Source: an uncultured Bacillales bacterium (lineage in GTDB: Bacteria > Bacillota_I > Bacilli_A > RF39 > UBA660). From it: a DNA stretch of 64,000 nt. Location of the stretch: assembly GCA_946624985.1 (NCBI GenBank), contig CAMOSQ010000002.1:27233-91232 (forward strand), read 5' to 3'. The position numbers and the translations under genes were made by a program. The notes beneath the pieces were generated by a model. That model saw nothing but the letters and a program-made list of their open reading frames with translations, had not been told where the DNA came from and did not search any database. The first letter of the stretch is position 1. Each line of letters begins with the position of its first letter. Shown here in pieces: positions 20,884 to 29,838 of the stretch.

Positions 20884-21561
20884 TTATCTTGCTTTTATTG
20901 TATCTACATAATAGTTTACTTTAGATGCCCATGTTGTACTTCCTGCGTATTTAGAATTCATTAGTTCTGGTGTATTTAATCCCATTCCAAAGTAATTTCT
21001 AGATAAGTTATCTATAAATCCTTTTATACCGTCTTCTAATGTATCGAATCCTTTGTATCCGCCAGAACCACATACTGGAGATCCTTTTTGTCCACCAACA
21101 TTGTTACAAGTACGCATTAGGCTACTACAGTTACCATTACATCCTGTTTCGTGTAGTGATATGGCAACTGCTATATATGGGTCTACTCCGTTTGCTAAAG
21201 AGTATTCTGCATATAATCTACCATATCCATGTAGTTCATTTTTTAAACTTCTATCTAATTTTTCTGCAAGTTCGTCCATAGTAAGGCCATCATATACTAT
21301 TAAAGATTTTAAATATTCCTGATATTCTCTTTCTTTTCTTTCTTCTTCTACTTGAACTTTTTTTTCTAAGAATTTATTAAATGTTGTTAGTGTTATTTGT
21401 GTTGCGTCTGCTTTGGCAAGTTGATATCTATTTTCTGCTTCTATTTTTATATTTTCCTTTTTTTGTTCTATTTTATTATATGAGTTAATATTGATTACAA
21501 CCATCGCAAGTGCTAAAACAAGCATTGTTGAAGTTTCTATTATTCTTTTCAAATTACTCAC
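20884..21561 (-). CDS. Membrane-anchored glucosaminidase-like cell-wall hydrolase
   Basis: An N-terminal TM helix is followed by DPYIAVAISLHETG..CNNVGGQKG..GYKGFDTLEDGIKGFIDNL, which resembles the PF01832-type layout. Confidence 0.45.
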   Translation of the reverse strand: MSNLKRIIETSTMLVLALAMVVININSYNKIEQKKENIKIEAENRYQLAKADATQITLTTFNKFLEKKVQVEEERKEREYQEYLKSLIVYDGLTMDELAEKLDRSLKNELHGYGRLYAEYSLANGVDPYIAVAISLHETGCNGNCSSLMRTCNNVGGQKGSPVCGSGGYKGFDTLEDGIKGFIDNLSRNYFGMGLNTPELMNSKYAGSTTWASKVNYYVDTIKAR

Positions 21562-21679
21562 CCTTTACTTACCTATTTATTTCAATAGGTAATAGAATTT
21601 TATCATAAAATAGCAGAAATGTCAAATTTGTGTATATAGTTATTGTTTATACTTATTATCTTTTTAAAAGAAAAAAAGC

Positions 21680-23809
21680 TTATTTTAAAGCTTCTTTTCT
21701 TGATAGATTTAGTCTTCCTCTTTTATCGTATCCTAATGATTTAACTATTATTTCGTCTCCTACTTTAACTACATCACTTGGTTTTTCTATTCTTTCTTCT
21801 GCTAAATGTGATACATGAACTAGTCCTTCTGTTCCTGGCCATAGTTCTACAAAACATCCAAAGTCTTCTACTTTTACAACTTTACCAGTGTATACTTTTC
21901 CGTCTTCTACTTCTCTTACTACTTCTTTTATCATTTCAGCAGTTTTATTTATTATTTCTTGATCACTGTGGTAGATTATTACTCTTCCATCGTCTTCTAA
22001 ATCAACTTTAACAGCATTTACATCTGTTACTGCTTTTACATTACTAGCTTCAAGAATGATTTTTGTTATCATTTCTCCACCTTTTCCGATAACGTCTTTT
22101 ATCTTATTTGGATTTATTTCGAATGTCATTGTTTTTGGTGCATATTTTGATACTTCTTTTCTTGGCTCTTTTATTTGTGCTTCTATAACATCTAGTATTT
22201 GCATTCTTGCTTTTTTAGCTTGTTCTAGTGCTCCTTTTAATATTTCTTTTGTTATTCCTTTTATTTTTATATCCATTTGAAGTGCACATATACCGTTTCT
22301 TGTTCCTGCCACTTTAAAGTCCATATCTCCTAGATGATCTTCCATACCTTGAATATCTGTTAGTATTGTATAGTCATCTCCATCTGTGATTAATCCCATA
22401 GCTATTCCTGCTACTGGTGCCTTTATTGGTACACCTGCTGCCATTAGTGCCATACATCCTGCGCATATACTTGCTTGTGATGATGAACCGTTTGATTCTA
22501 ATATTTCTGATACTACTCTTATTGTATATGGGAATTCTTCTTCTGATGGTATTACTTGAGAAAGTGCTCTTTCTCCAAGTGCACCATGTCCTATTTCTCT
22601 TCTTCCTGGTGCTCCATATCTTCCTGTTTCTCCTACTGAGAATTGTGGGAAGTTATAGTGTAGCATGAATCTTTTTTCTGCTTCTAATGATAGACCATCT
22701 AGTATTTGATGTTCTCCTAAAGCTCCAAGGGTTACTACACCTAGTGCTTGAGTTTGCCCCCTTGTAAATAGTGCTGATCCATGTGTTCTTGGAAGTAGAT
22801 CAATATCTGTTGATAATGGTCTTATTTCATCCATTGCTCTTCCGTCTGCTCTAGTATGCTCTTTAACTACTATTTTTCTAAATATTTCATATTCTATTTC
22901 TTCTAGTACTAATTTTACCTTTGTTAGTAGTTCTTTTAATTCATCGTCTTTTAAGTCTTGATTCTCATTTTCGTATTTGGCTACTACATCTTCTTTTACT
23001 TTGTCTATTGCTTCATATTTTTCTGTTTTATCAAGTATTCTCATAGCTTTGTTTAAGTTTTCTTCTGATAGGCTTCTTACTTCATTTTTAAGTTCTTCTG
23101 TTATTTCTAGAACTTCATATTCCATTTTTTCCTGTCCACATTCAGCTATTATTTTTTCTTCAAATTCACAAAGTTCTTTTACTGCTTCGTGTCCAAACAT
23201 TAGTGCATCTAACATATCATTTTCTGATACTTCTTTTGATCCACTTTCTACCATGTTTATTGCTTCTTTTGTTCCTGCTACTGTTAGTTCTATGTCGGTT
23301 TCTTCTAATTCTTCTGCGGTTGGATTTATTATAAATTCTCCGTTTATTCTACCCACTTTTACTCCGGCTATTGGACCATCGAATGGTATTTTTGATATTG
23401 ATGTAGCTAGGCTTGATCCAAACATTGCTGCTAGTTCTGGTGAGTTATCTTGATCTACTGATAAAACAGTATTTACTATTTGAACTTCATTTCTAAAGTT
23501 TTCGGGAAACATTGGTCTCATTGGTCTATCTATCATACGTGCTGCAAGTGTTGCATTGTCTGTTGGTCTTCCTTCTCTTTTTATAAATCCACCTGGTATT
23601 TTACCTACTGAGTATAGTTTTTCTTGATATAGTACCATTAGTGGAAAGAAGTCTGACAATACGTTTGCATTTTTACTTACTACTGCTGTTGATAGTATTA
23701 CTGTATCTCCATATCTTACCAATACTGCTCCGTGTGCTTGTTTTGCTAATTCTCCAATTTCTACTATTAATTTTCTTCCCCTGAAATCTAATTCATATAC
23801 TTTTTTCAT
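21680..23809 (-). CDS. pnp: Polyribonucleotide nucleotidyltransferase (PNPase)
   Basis: It has two RNase PH domains, a KH domain ([12 protein letters not shown]) and an S1 domain ([15 protein letters not shown]). Confidence 0.95.
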   Translation of the reverse strand: MKKVYELDFRGRKLIVEIGELAKQAHGAVLVRYGDTVILSTAVVSKNANVLSDFFPLMVLYQEKLYSVGKIPGGFIKREGRPTDNATLAARMIDRPMRPMFPENFRNEVQIVNTVLSVDQDNSPELAAMFGSSLATSISKIPFDGPIAGVKVGRINGEFIINPTAEELEETDIELTVAGTKEAINMVESGSKEVSENDMLDALMFGHEAVKELCEFEEKIIAECGQEKMEYEVLEITEELKNEVRSLSEENLNKAMRILDKTEKYEAIDKVKEDVVAKYENENQDLKDDELKELLTKVKLVLEEIEYEIFRKIVVKEHTRADGRAMDEIRPLSTDIDLLPRTHGSALFTRGQTQALGVVTLGALGEHQILDGLSLEAEKRFMLHYNFPQFSVGETGRYGAPGRREIGHGALGERALSQVIPSEEEFPYTIRVVSEILESNGSSSQASICAGCMALMAAGVPIKAPVAGIAMGLITDGDDYTILTDIQGMEDHLGDMDFKVAGTRNGICALQMDIKIKGITKEILKGALEQAKKARMQILDVIEAQIKEPRKEVSKYAPKTMTFEINPNKIKDVIGKGGEMITKIILEASNVKAVTDVNAVKVDLEDDGRVIIYHSDQEIINKTAEMIKEVVREVEDGKVYTGKVVKVEDFGCFVELWPGTEGLVHVSHLAEERIEKPSDVVKVGDEIIVKSLGYDKRGRLNLSRKEALK

Positions 23810-23864
23810 TTTTACCTCCTTAATTAGAACACAGATAAATTTTCTTACGAAAATTCATTAAGAA

Positions 23865-24101
23865 TCTCACGATTTCTTTTTTTCTGCTTCATCGACTTCG
23901 TTACCTACATTCTCCACAGACTTAAAATCCGATGGTCGCCACCGTACTCATTGTTTTTTTATGATAATAATTCTTTCATATAAAGTTTTAAACCTTAAAT
24001 CATATATTTTCCAATACAACAGCATATAAATGGTATCATACAAACAATTGTATGTCAATTAAAAATTAACCTATTTTATAATTTTTAGTATGACTTTCCT
24101 A
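23865..24101 (-). mobile_element. Miniature deletion derivative of the 8144-9504 tnpB element
   Basis: It keeps the left-end sequence (24020-24101 versus 9425-9504), the last approximately 55 nt of tnpB, and the 69-nt RNA-scaffold core at 68/69 identity (23884-23952 versus 8166-8234). The tnpB body is deleted. Confidence 0.8.
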
Positions 24102-24107
24102 TCGTAC

Positions 24108-24136
24108 AAAAAATAAAGACACTTAAAAAAAGTGCC
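24108..24136 (-). terminator. rpsO terminator
   Basis: On the minus strand a hairpin ggcactt/aagtgtc (one G-U pair) is followed by a U run, 14 nt after the rpsO stop. Confidence 0.55.
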
Positions 24137-24149
24137 TGTTTGTTTATAT

Positions 24150-24419
24150 TTACTTTCTTAATCCTAATGATTTAACTATTTCACGATATCTATTTACATC
24201 TTGTTTTGATAAGTAGTTAAGTAAGCTTCTTCTTTTACCTACTTTCTTAAGTAAACCTCTACGTGAATGGAAATCATGTTTATGTTCTTTTAAGTGTTCT
24301 GTTAATTCAGTTATTTCTTTTGTTAGAATTGCTATTTGAACTTCACATGAACCAGTATCATTAGCATCTTTACCGTATTTTTTTACGATTTCTGCTTTTG
24401 CTTCTTTTGTTAAAGCCAT
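24150..24419 (-). CDS. rpsO: 30S ribosomal protein S15
   Basis: Motifs are [16 protein letters not shown]...[29 protein letters not shown]. Confidence 0.95.
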   Translation of the reverse strand: MALTKEAKAEIVKKYGKDANDTGSCEVQIAILTKEITELTEHLKEHKHDFHSRRGLLKKVGKRRSLLNYLSKQDVNRYREIVKSLGLRK

Positions 24420-24498
24420 TTAAATTCTCCTCTCTTTGATTCGCTTAGTTCCTAGAAATACGTTGGAGTGCGTAATTCCAAGATATAAGTACATATTA

Positions 24499-24527
24499 AA
24501 TATACAGTAAAATTTCTTTATTGTCAA
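24499..24527 (-). promoter_or_regulatory. rpsO promoter
   Basis: On the minus strand: TTGACA, a 17-nt spacer, then TATATT. Confidence 0.5.
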
Positions 24528-24539
24528 GGATTTATTTGT

Positions 24540-24560
24540 ATTAATTTTGTGTTAATTATT
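24540..24560 (+). repeat. 21-nt direct repeat, copy 1 (attaattttgtgttaattatt)
   Basis: It is identical to 24953-24973. The two copies bracket the putative type I TA module. Confidence 0.8.
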
Positions 24561-24587
24561 GACTTCTTATGTTTGTTATGTTAGAAT
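24559..24587 (+). promoter_or_regulatory. Strong sigma-A promoter of a small plus-strand RNA
   Basis: TTGACT (24559-24564), a 17-nt spacer, then TAGAAT (24582-24587). Confidence 0.6.
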
Positions 24588-24593
24588 GTATGT

Positions 24594-24716
24594 AGTGAAG
24601 CAATACTTCATATAATAAAAAAGGATATGTCTGAAGTCGTGTTCAGATGTCTTCCAAAAAATCATTTGGTGAAACACCTGAAATCAACATTAGTTGAAAT
24701 CAAGTGTTTTTCTTTT
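24594..24716 (+). ncRNA. Candidate antitoxin sRNA (type I TA), about 120 nt
   Basis: It lies between the consensus promoter and a 17-bp imperfect hairpin (24672-24709) followed by a T run. It is convergent with the small hydrophobic ORF and shares the terminator hairpin with it. Confidence 0.45.
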
Positions 24717-24740
24717 GATTTATATTCAAGAACTACAATG

Positions 24741-24830
24741 CTATAAGTTTAAAAATATAGCAAGTAATATAAATATTACAACAATGAGTAAAGTTATTAT
24801 GTTGCAAAGTTTGTTTTCTCTTCTTGTCAT
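24741..24830 (-). CDS. Candidate type I toxin, 29-aa hydrophobic peptide
   Basis: The product is MTRRENKLCNIITLLIVVIFILLAIFLNL, a charged head plus one TM helix. It has an AGGAGGA RBS. A perfect 7-nt anti-SD (TCCTCCT, complement of 24876-24882) lies in its own 5' UTR. Confidence 0.45.
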   Translation of the reverse strand: MTRRENKLCNIITLLIVVIFILLAIFLNL

Positions 24831-24915
24831 AATACCATCCTCCTTTTTTTGTTTTTTGTTCAAATTATTTTAGTTAGGAGGAAAACACCTGATTTTTCAA
24901 ACATATCCTAATATA

Positions 24916-24944
24916 ATTATAACTTGTAATTAACTTGTAGTCAA
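24916..24944 (-). promoter_or_regulatory. Consensus promoter for the toxin mRNA
   Basis: On the minus strand: TTGACT, a 17-nt spacer, then TATAAT. Confidence 0.55.
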
Positions 24945-24952
24945 TATAAATT

Positions 24953-24973
24953 ATTAATTTTGTGTTAATTATT
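24953..24973 (+). repeat. 21-nt direct repeat, copy 2
   Basis: It is identical to 24540-24560 and overlaps the stop codon of the GH25 gene. Confidence 0.8.
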
Positions 24974-26138
24974 CATACAGTATATCTATATCTACATAGC
25001 CTAGTATTCCATCTATTTTACCATCACTACATTGTTGCCACATTACGTAGTCTCCTTGATATGTGTTATTGTCTGCATACTGAGCTACCCATGTATCATA
25101 GTTTAAATTCCATATATTTTCTAGATAATATTTACTACTATATAGTAAGGGTTTATATCCTTTATTTTTTGTTTCTTCTAAGAATGTTGTTGCCATTTTA
25201 TTTAGTGTATGAAAACTTATGTTATATGTATTAAAGTCTGTAAAGTTTTCCCAATCGAATGCAATTCCTAGTTTTATATCATATTCTTTTATTAAATCTA
25301 GTACATAGTCTATTTCTTTTTTTGCTTGTTCTATTGTATTTGCATTACTATAAAAGTATACTCCTACATCTAGATTATTTTTTAGTGCATTTTCTATATT
25401 TGTTATAAAGTATGGATCTGTATATAGTTCTCCGTCTATATATGATCCTCCTGCTTTTATCATTACAAATTCTGCTTTAGCATTTTTTACTGCTTCAAAG
25501 TCTATATTACCTTGCCATTTTGATACATCTATTCCTATTCTTGTGTTATTTTTTTTGTGTTTATTTACTATATCTTTGAATGCAATAAATGATTCTTCTT
25601 TTGGTTCATTTTTTGTTTCTTTTGGTTGTTCTATTACATTTAATTTAAATTCTAATTCTCTTTTATTATTACTAGAGTCTACTCCTATATATTTTAAGTT
25701 GTATGTTCCAATTTCATTTATATTGTAGTTTCCTTCTACATAGCAGTTTGGTCTTGCATCGTAGTTATCTCCACATAGCATACTGTTTACTAAGTCTATG
25801 TCATTTCCTTTATATATTGTTAAATTTTTAGAAAGTATTACAGGTGATTCTGTATCTACTATATTTATTTTAATATTTTCTTTATAAGTAAATATTTTAT
25901 TTTTATAGTTTATTTCAAGTTCTTGTTCTCCTACTTTTTCTGTGTCAATTTTATGGTCATTTATTAAATTTATTTCTTCATTTATTATTTCTTTTAGTGT
26001 TATATCTTTGTATACTTCAATTTCTGATTGTTTTAGTGTTATTTCAATTTTATTTTTTTTATACATTATTTTTAGTGTTATAGTTGTTATTAGTGATAAC
26101 ATTATAACTATTGTAAGTGATATTATTATTTTTTTCAT
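24969..26138 (-). CDS. Membrane-anchored GH25 muramidase with Ig-like domain
   Basis: An N-terminal TM helix is followed by DTESPVI..GTYNLKYIGVDSSNN (DUF5011-like Ig). The GH25 core is GIDVSKWQGNIDFEAVKNAKAEFVMIKAG..DWE. Confidence 0.8.
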   Translation of the reverse strand: MKKIIISLTIVIMLSLITTITLKIMYKKNKIEITLKQSEIEVYKDITLKEIINEEINLINDHKIDTEKVGEQELEINYKNKIFTYKENIKINIVDTESPVILSKNLTIYKGNDIDLVNSMLCGDNYDARPNCYVEGNYNINEIGTYNLKYIGVDSSNNKRELEFKLNVIEQPKETKNEPKEESFIAFKDIVNKHKKNNTRIGIDVSKWQGNIDFEAVKNAKAEFVMIKAGGSYIDGELYTDPYFITNIENALKNNLDVGVYFYSNANTIEQAKKEIDYVLDLIKEYDIKLGIAFDWENFTDFNTYNISFHTLNKMATTFLEETKNKGYKPLLYSSKYYLENIWNLNYDTWVAQYADNNTYQGDYVMWQQCSDGKIDGILGYVDIDILYE

Positions 26139-26140
26139 AT

Positions 26141-26644
26141 TTAATCCTTTCTGATTTTATCAATATTTACTTTACCATCATAGTCATCATAGTAAAAGTA
26201 CCAATTGTCTTTTAACTTTTCTCTTATAAATATGTTATTTTCATTTTCTAGTTTTGTGCCATCATAGGTTATTAGTTCATCAAATTTGTCTTGGATGTAT
26301 ATTAATCCATAGTATTGTCCTCCTAGCATTCCTTGTGAGTCTATATTAAATTTGATATACTCTCCATTTCCTTTGAAGTCAAAATCTTTAAAGTATTTGG
26401 CAAATTTAATGTTTTTGTATGGTTTTTCTTTTGATTCTTTAGTTTCAAGTAAAATATCGGCTATTTTTTTTAATTCATTTTCATTTTTGTTTAAATATTT
26501 AGTTGTTGTTTTTAGTGCTTTATTATAATTAAATTTATCGTGTTCTTTTTTCCAATATATTTTATTAATTGATACTATTAGGAATAAGCCTATAAATATT
26601 ATAAAGAATATTATTACAAATGTACTTATTATCTTTTTTTTCAT
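26141..26644 (-). CDS. Membrane-anchored hypothetical protein
   Basis: It has an N-terminal TM helix. No family was recognised. Confidence 0.3.
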   Translation of the reverse strand: MKKKIISTFVIIFFIIFIGLFLIVSINKIYWKKEHDKFNYNKALKTTTKYLNKNENELKKIADILLETKESKEKPYKNIKFAKYFKDFDFKGNGEYIKFNIDSQGMLGGQYYGLIYIQDKFDELITYDGTKLENENNIFIREKLKDNWYFYYDDYDGKVNIDKIRKD

Positions 26645-26699
26645 AAATACCTCCCATACCATTATAACAAAAAAAATCTATATCATAAAGATATAAATT

Positions 26700-27467
26700 T
26701 TAGCACATTACTTTATTATCTAGTCTTAGTTTGTCGGCTATTGTAACTATGAATTCGCTATTGGTTGGTTTTGCTTTGTCAATATCTACACTATGTCCAA
26801 ATATTTCTTCCATTAGGTTCCAGTCTCCTCTGTTCCAACTTACTTCTATTGCATGTCTTATTGCGCGTTCTACTCGTGAAACTGTTGTATCAAATTTATT
26901 TGCTAGTTCTGGATATAGTTCTTTTGTTATTCCTCCTATTGTTTCTGGTCTTTCGTATATTATTCCTATACCTTCTCTTATGTATTGATATCCTTTTATA
27001 TGTGATGGTATACCTAGTTCGTGTAGTATTTTTGTTATTGATATATTTAGATTATTTTGTTTTAAATTTATGTTTCTTCCTTCTTTATTTTTACTATTAC
27101 ATACTTCCATAATTCTATTTTCTAGGTCACATAAATCAAATGGTTTTAGTATAAAATAGCTTACGCCGTATTCTGATACCTGCCTAATTACATCTTGTGC
27201 ATTATAACTTGTTTCTACGATAATATTACAGTTGATGTTTTTTTCTTTAACCTGATCTAAAACATATAGTCCATCTTTTTGTGGCATAATTAAGTCTAGT
27301 AATACTATGTCATAGTTTCCAGATTGATTTTCGATTAAGTTTATTCCGTCTAGTCCATTGTGGGCAACATATGATATTTCAATTGACTCATTTCCTTTGA
27401 AATATTCTTTAACCATATCTACTAAGCTTACATTATCATCTATCATTAATACTTTTATTTTTTCCAT
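26700..27467 (-). CDS. spo0A: Sporulation master regulator Spo0A
   Basis: The receiver domain is KVLMIDDN..DIVLLDLIMP. The Spo0A-specific C-terminus is ITKILHELGIPSHIKGYQYIREGI..VSRVERAIRHAIEVSW. The start is set at MEKIKV. Confidence 0.92.
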   Translation of the reverse strand: MEKIKVLMIDDNVSLVDMVKEYFKGNESIEISYVAHNGLDGINLIENQSGNYDIVLLDLIMPQKDGLYVLDQVKEKNINCNIIVETSYNAQDVIRQVSEYGVSYFILKPFDLCDLENRIMEVCNSKNKEGRNINLKQNNLNISITKILHELGIPSHIKGYQYIREGIGIIYERPETIGGITKELYPELANKFDTTVSRVERAIRHAIEVSWNRGDWNLMEEIFGHSVDIDKAKPTNSEFIVTIADKLRLDNKVMC

Positions 27468-27545
27468 TTTTATTCTCCTATCTAATAACATAAATATTAT
27501 ACAACAAACTACATTAAAATTTAAAGAATGAAAATATTCTAGTTT

Positions 27546-27562
27546 TGTCGACTATTGTCGAT
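27546..27562. promoter_or_regulatory. Two 0A-box-like repeats upstream of spo0A
   Basis: TGTCGAC (27546-27552) and TGTCGAT (27556-27562) start 10 bp apart, 80-95 nt upstream of the spo0A start. The consensus 0A box is TGNCGAA. Confidence 0.45.
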
Positions 27563-27595
27563 TTTAATCAAAAAAAGTCGTTAGATAACAACTTC

Positions 27596-28816
27596 TTATT
27601 CACTTAAACCTTTTTTTATTACATCTTTTGTTCTTCCTAAAAATGATTTACTTCTTTTATTCTCACTTATAGTTTTCTTATAAACATCGAGTACTCTTTC
27701 TGCATAATATTTTGATGAGAATTCTGCTGTTGATATTTTGGCTTGATTTCCTAGTTTTTTCAGCAGAGTTGGATTTTCTATTAGTTCATCAAGTTCTTTT
27801 CTATATTCTTTTTTGTTTTTAAATGTAAATCCATTTAATCCATTTATTACTGTATTTTTAAATGATTCATCATCTATACATACAACAGGCATTCCTGTTG
27901 ACATTGCTTCTATTAGTGTTAATCCTTGTGTTTCTGTTGTTGATGCTGTAACAAATACATTTCCAAGATTATAGTAATATGGTATGTTATTGTGTGAGAT
28001 TTTTCCTGTAAATATTATATTTTCTTTTAGTTTTTCTGATTTTTTTACATATTTGTCATAATCAGGTCCACTTCCAACAATAAGTAGTTTTACATTTTTT
28101 TTCTTATTTACAAAGTATTCTTGATTGTCTAGTAAGAAGTCAACGTTTTTTTCTTGTGCTAGTCTTCCTACAAATAGAATAATAAAGTCATCTTTTTTTA
28201 TTTTTAGGTCTTTTTTTATTTTTTCTAATTTTTCTATTTTTAAATTTTCTTTAAAAAATCTTTCTATTTCAATACCTGTTGGTATTATATGTACATTTTT
28301 ATCTACTTTATATTTTTCTATAAAAAGGTCATATGCTTTTTTCGTTGGAACAATTAGTTCTTTTGCTGTTTTGTCACAGTAAAATTTTGTTAGATGTTCT
28401 ACAATTTTTTTGCTGGTACCATCAAAGTATCCTTTTGTAATATAGTGTACATAGTCTTCATACATTGTGTGATATGTATGTACTAGTGGAATGTTTAGTT
28501 GTTTTGCTATAATTCTAGCAAATGTACCTATTCCAAATTCTGTATGTGAATGAATTACGTCTAAGTTCCATCTTTTTATTGTTTTTATTGCTCTTACAGG
28601 ATATATTCCTGTTAATCTATAGTCATATATGCCTGTTGGAATACCTGGTATTCTTATTATATTTTTTTCATATTTGTATTTCATTTTTTCAGGATTAACT
28701 GTTACAATAAATACCTGATGTCCTCTTTTTTTTAGTGCACGTTCTAGCATTTGTATACTTGTTGATACACCATTAATGTACGGAGGATATGTATCTGTAA
28801 AAATTCCAATTCTCAT
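27596..28816 (-). CDS. GT4-family glycosyltransferase (glycolipid synthase-like)
   Basis: MRIGIFTDTYPPYINGVSTS is the N-terminus typical of diacylglycerol glucosyltransferase-type GT4 enzymes. The C-terminal motif is E..G..LIEAM..G.PVV. Confidence 0.7.
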   Translation of the reverse strand: MRIGIFTDTYPPYINGVSTSIQMLERALKKRGHQVFIVTVNPEKMKYKYEKNIIRIPGIPTGIYDYRLTGIYPVRAIKTIKRWNLDVIHSHTEFGIGTFARIIAKQLNIPLVHTYHTMYEDYVHYITKGYFDGTSKKIVEHLTKFYCDKTAKELIVPTKKAYDLFIEKYKVDKNVHIIPTGIEIERFFKENLKIEKLEKIKKDLKIKKDDFIILFVGRLAQEKNVDFLLDNQEYFVNKKKNVKLLIVGSGPDYDKYVKKSEKLKENIIFTGKISHNNIPYYYNLGNVFVTASTTETQGLTLIEAMSTGMPVVCIDDESFKNTVINGLNGFTFKNKKEYRKELDELIENPTLLKKLGNQAKISTAEFSSKYYAERVLDVYKKTISENKRSKSFLGRTKDVIKKGLSE

Positions 28817-28818
28817 TT

Positions 28819-29838
28819 TTATCTCTTCTTTCTCAAGTTTAATAGTATTGCTCCTATTATTACGCCTAAATAATATGTTGCGGCTCTCCATAGAAGCATT
28901 ACTAATGTCAATACTGGGCCGCTAATAAATACTCCATAAAATTGTGTGAATGCATATTCAAGTCCACCTGCTGCTCCTGGTATTGGTACAAATGATCCTA
29001 TCAACATTACATATGCAGATGCAATTATTGAATAAAATATGTTAATATCATTGTAATTTCCTAATCCAAATATTAGGATTGCTGGTATAGAATATATTAA
29101 AGTTAGTGATAGGAAATTGAATAGAATTGTCTTTAAGAAAACTTTTTTATCTTTTAACATAACTTTTGTACTGTCATGAAATTGTTCTATATATTCATTT
29201 ATTTTTTTTGTTTTTTCTTCTTTGTCCTTTATTATTCTTAATTTTGACAAAATGTTTATAATGAAATTAATTATGGTTTTATTAATTTTTTTTAAGAATG
29301 CTAAGCTAAATAGCGCAATCATGACTAAAACGTTTATTGCAAATCCTAAAAGTATAAGTTTTTTTATAGCACCAACTTCTTGGAATAGATTTAAGTATTT
29401 ATTTGATATCACGGCTATAAATCCTAAAAGAATTAGAGCTATTTGATATACAATAAAGTTTTGTATTACTATTGTTGTGCAGTCACTTATTTTTATTCCA
29501 TTTTTGTTGAATATATACATTTGGTATGGTTGTCCGCCTGTTGATGATGGTGTTATACCATCAAAGAATTGTGTTATAAATACTATTCTTAAAATATCTT
29601 TATATTTATAGGTTTTTTTAAATTTTATAACAAAGTTGTATAATGAAAGTGCTCTTAGTGAGTAATATCCAAATACAAGAATCAAGGCTATTATAATCCA
29701 AAGAACATTCATTTTTGAAAATCCAATAATAACGTCATAGAAATTATCTTTTAATGAAATATATAAGACTAATATAGTAACAATTATTAAAATTATTATA
29801 TTAAGTTTGTTTTTTAATTTATTTCTTATTTTTTTCAT
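28819..29838 (-). CDS. UPF0104/LPG-synthase-TM-like flippase-like membrane protein
   Basis: It is a polytopic membrane protein with GITPSSTGGQPYQ and PIPGAAGGLE motifs. Confidence 0.65.
   Translation of the reverse strand: MKKIRNKLKNKLNIIILIIVTILVLYISLKDNFYDVIIGFSKMNVLWIIIALILVFGYYSLRALSLYNFVIKFKKTYKYKDILRIVFITQFFDGITPSSTGGQPYQMYIFNKNGIKISDCTTIVIQNFIVYQIALILLGFIAVISNKYLNLFQEVGAIKKLILLGFAINVLVMIALFSLAFLKKINKTIINFIINILSKLRIIKDKEEKTKKINEYIEQFHDSTKVMLKDKKVFLKTILFNFLSLTLIYSIPAILIFGLGNYNDINIFYSIIASAYVMLIGSFVPIPGAAGGLEYAFTQFYGVFISGPVLTLVMLLWRAATYYLGVIIGAILLNLRKKR

Noticed and set aside
24624-24743. A 39-codon plus-strand ORF (MSEVVFRCLPKNHLVKHL...) inside the putative sRNA.
   Set aside because: It has a weak RBS, reads straight through the terminator hairpin and T run, and has no recognisable peptide features. 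A non-coding interpretation is preferred, although not proven.
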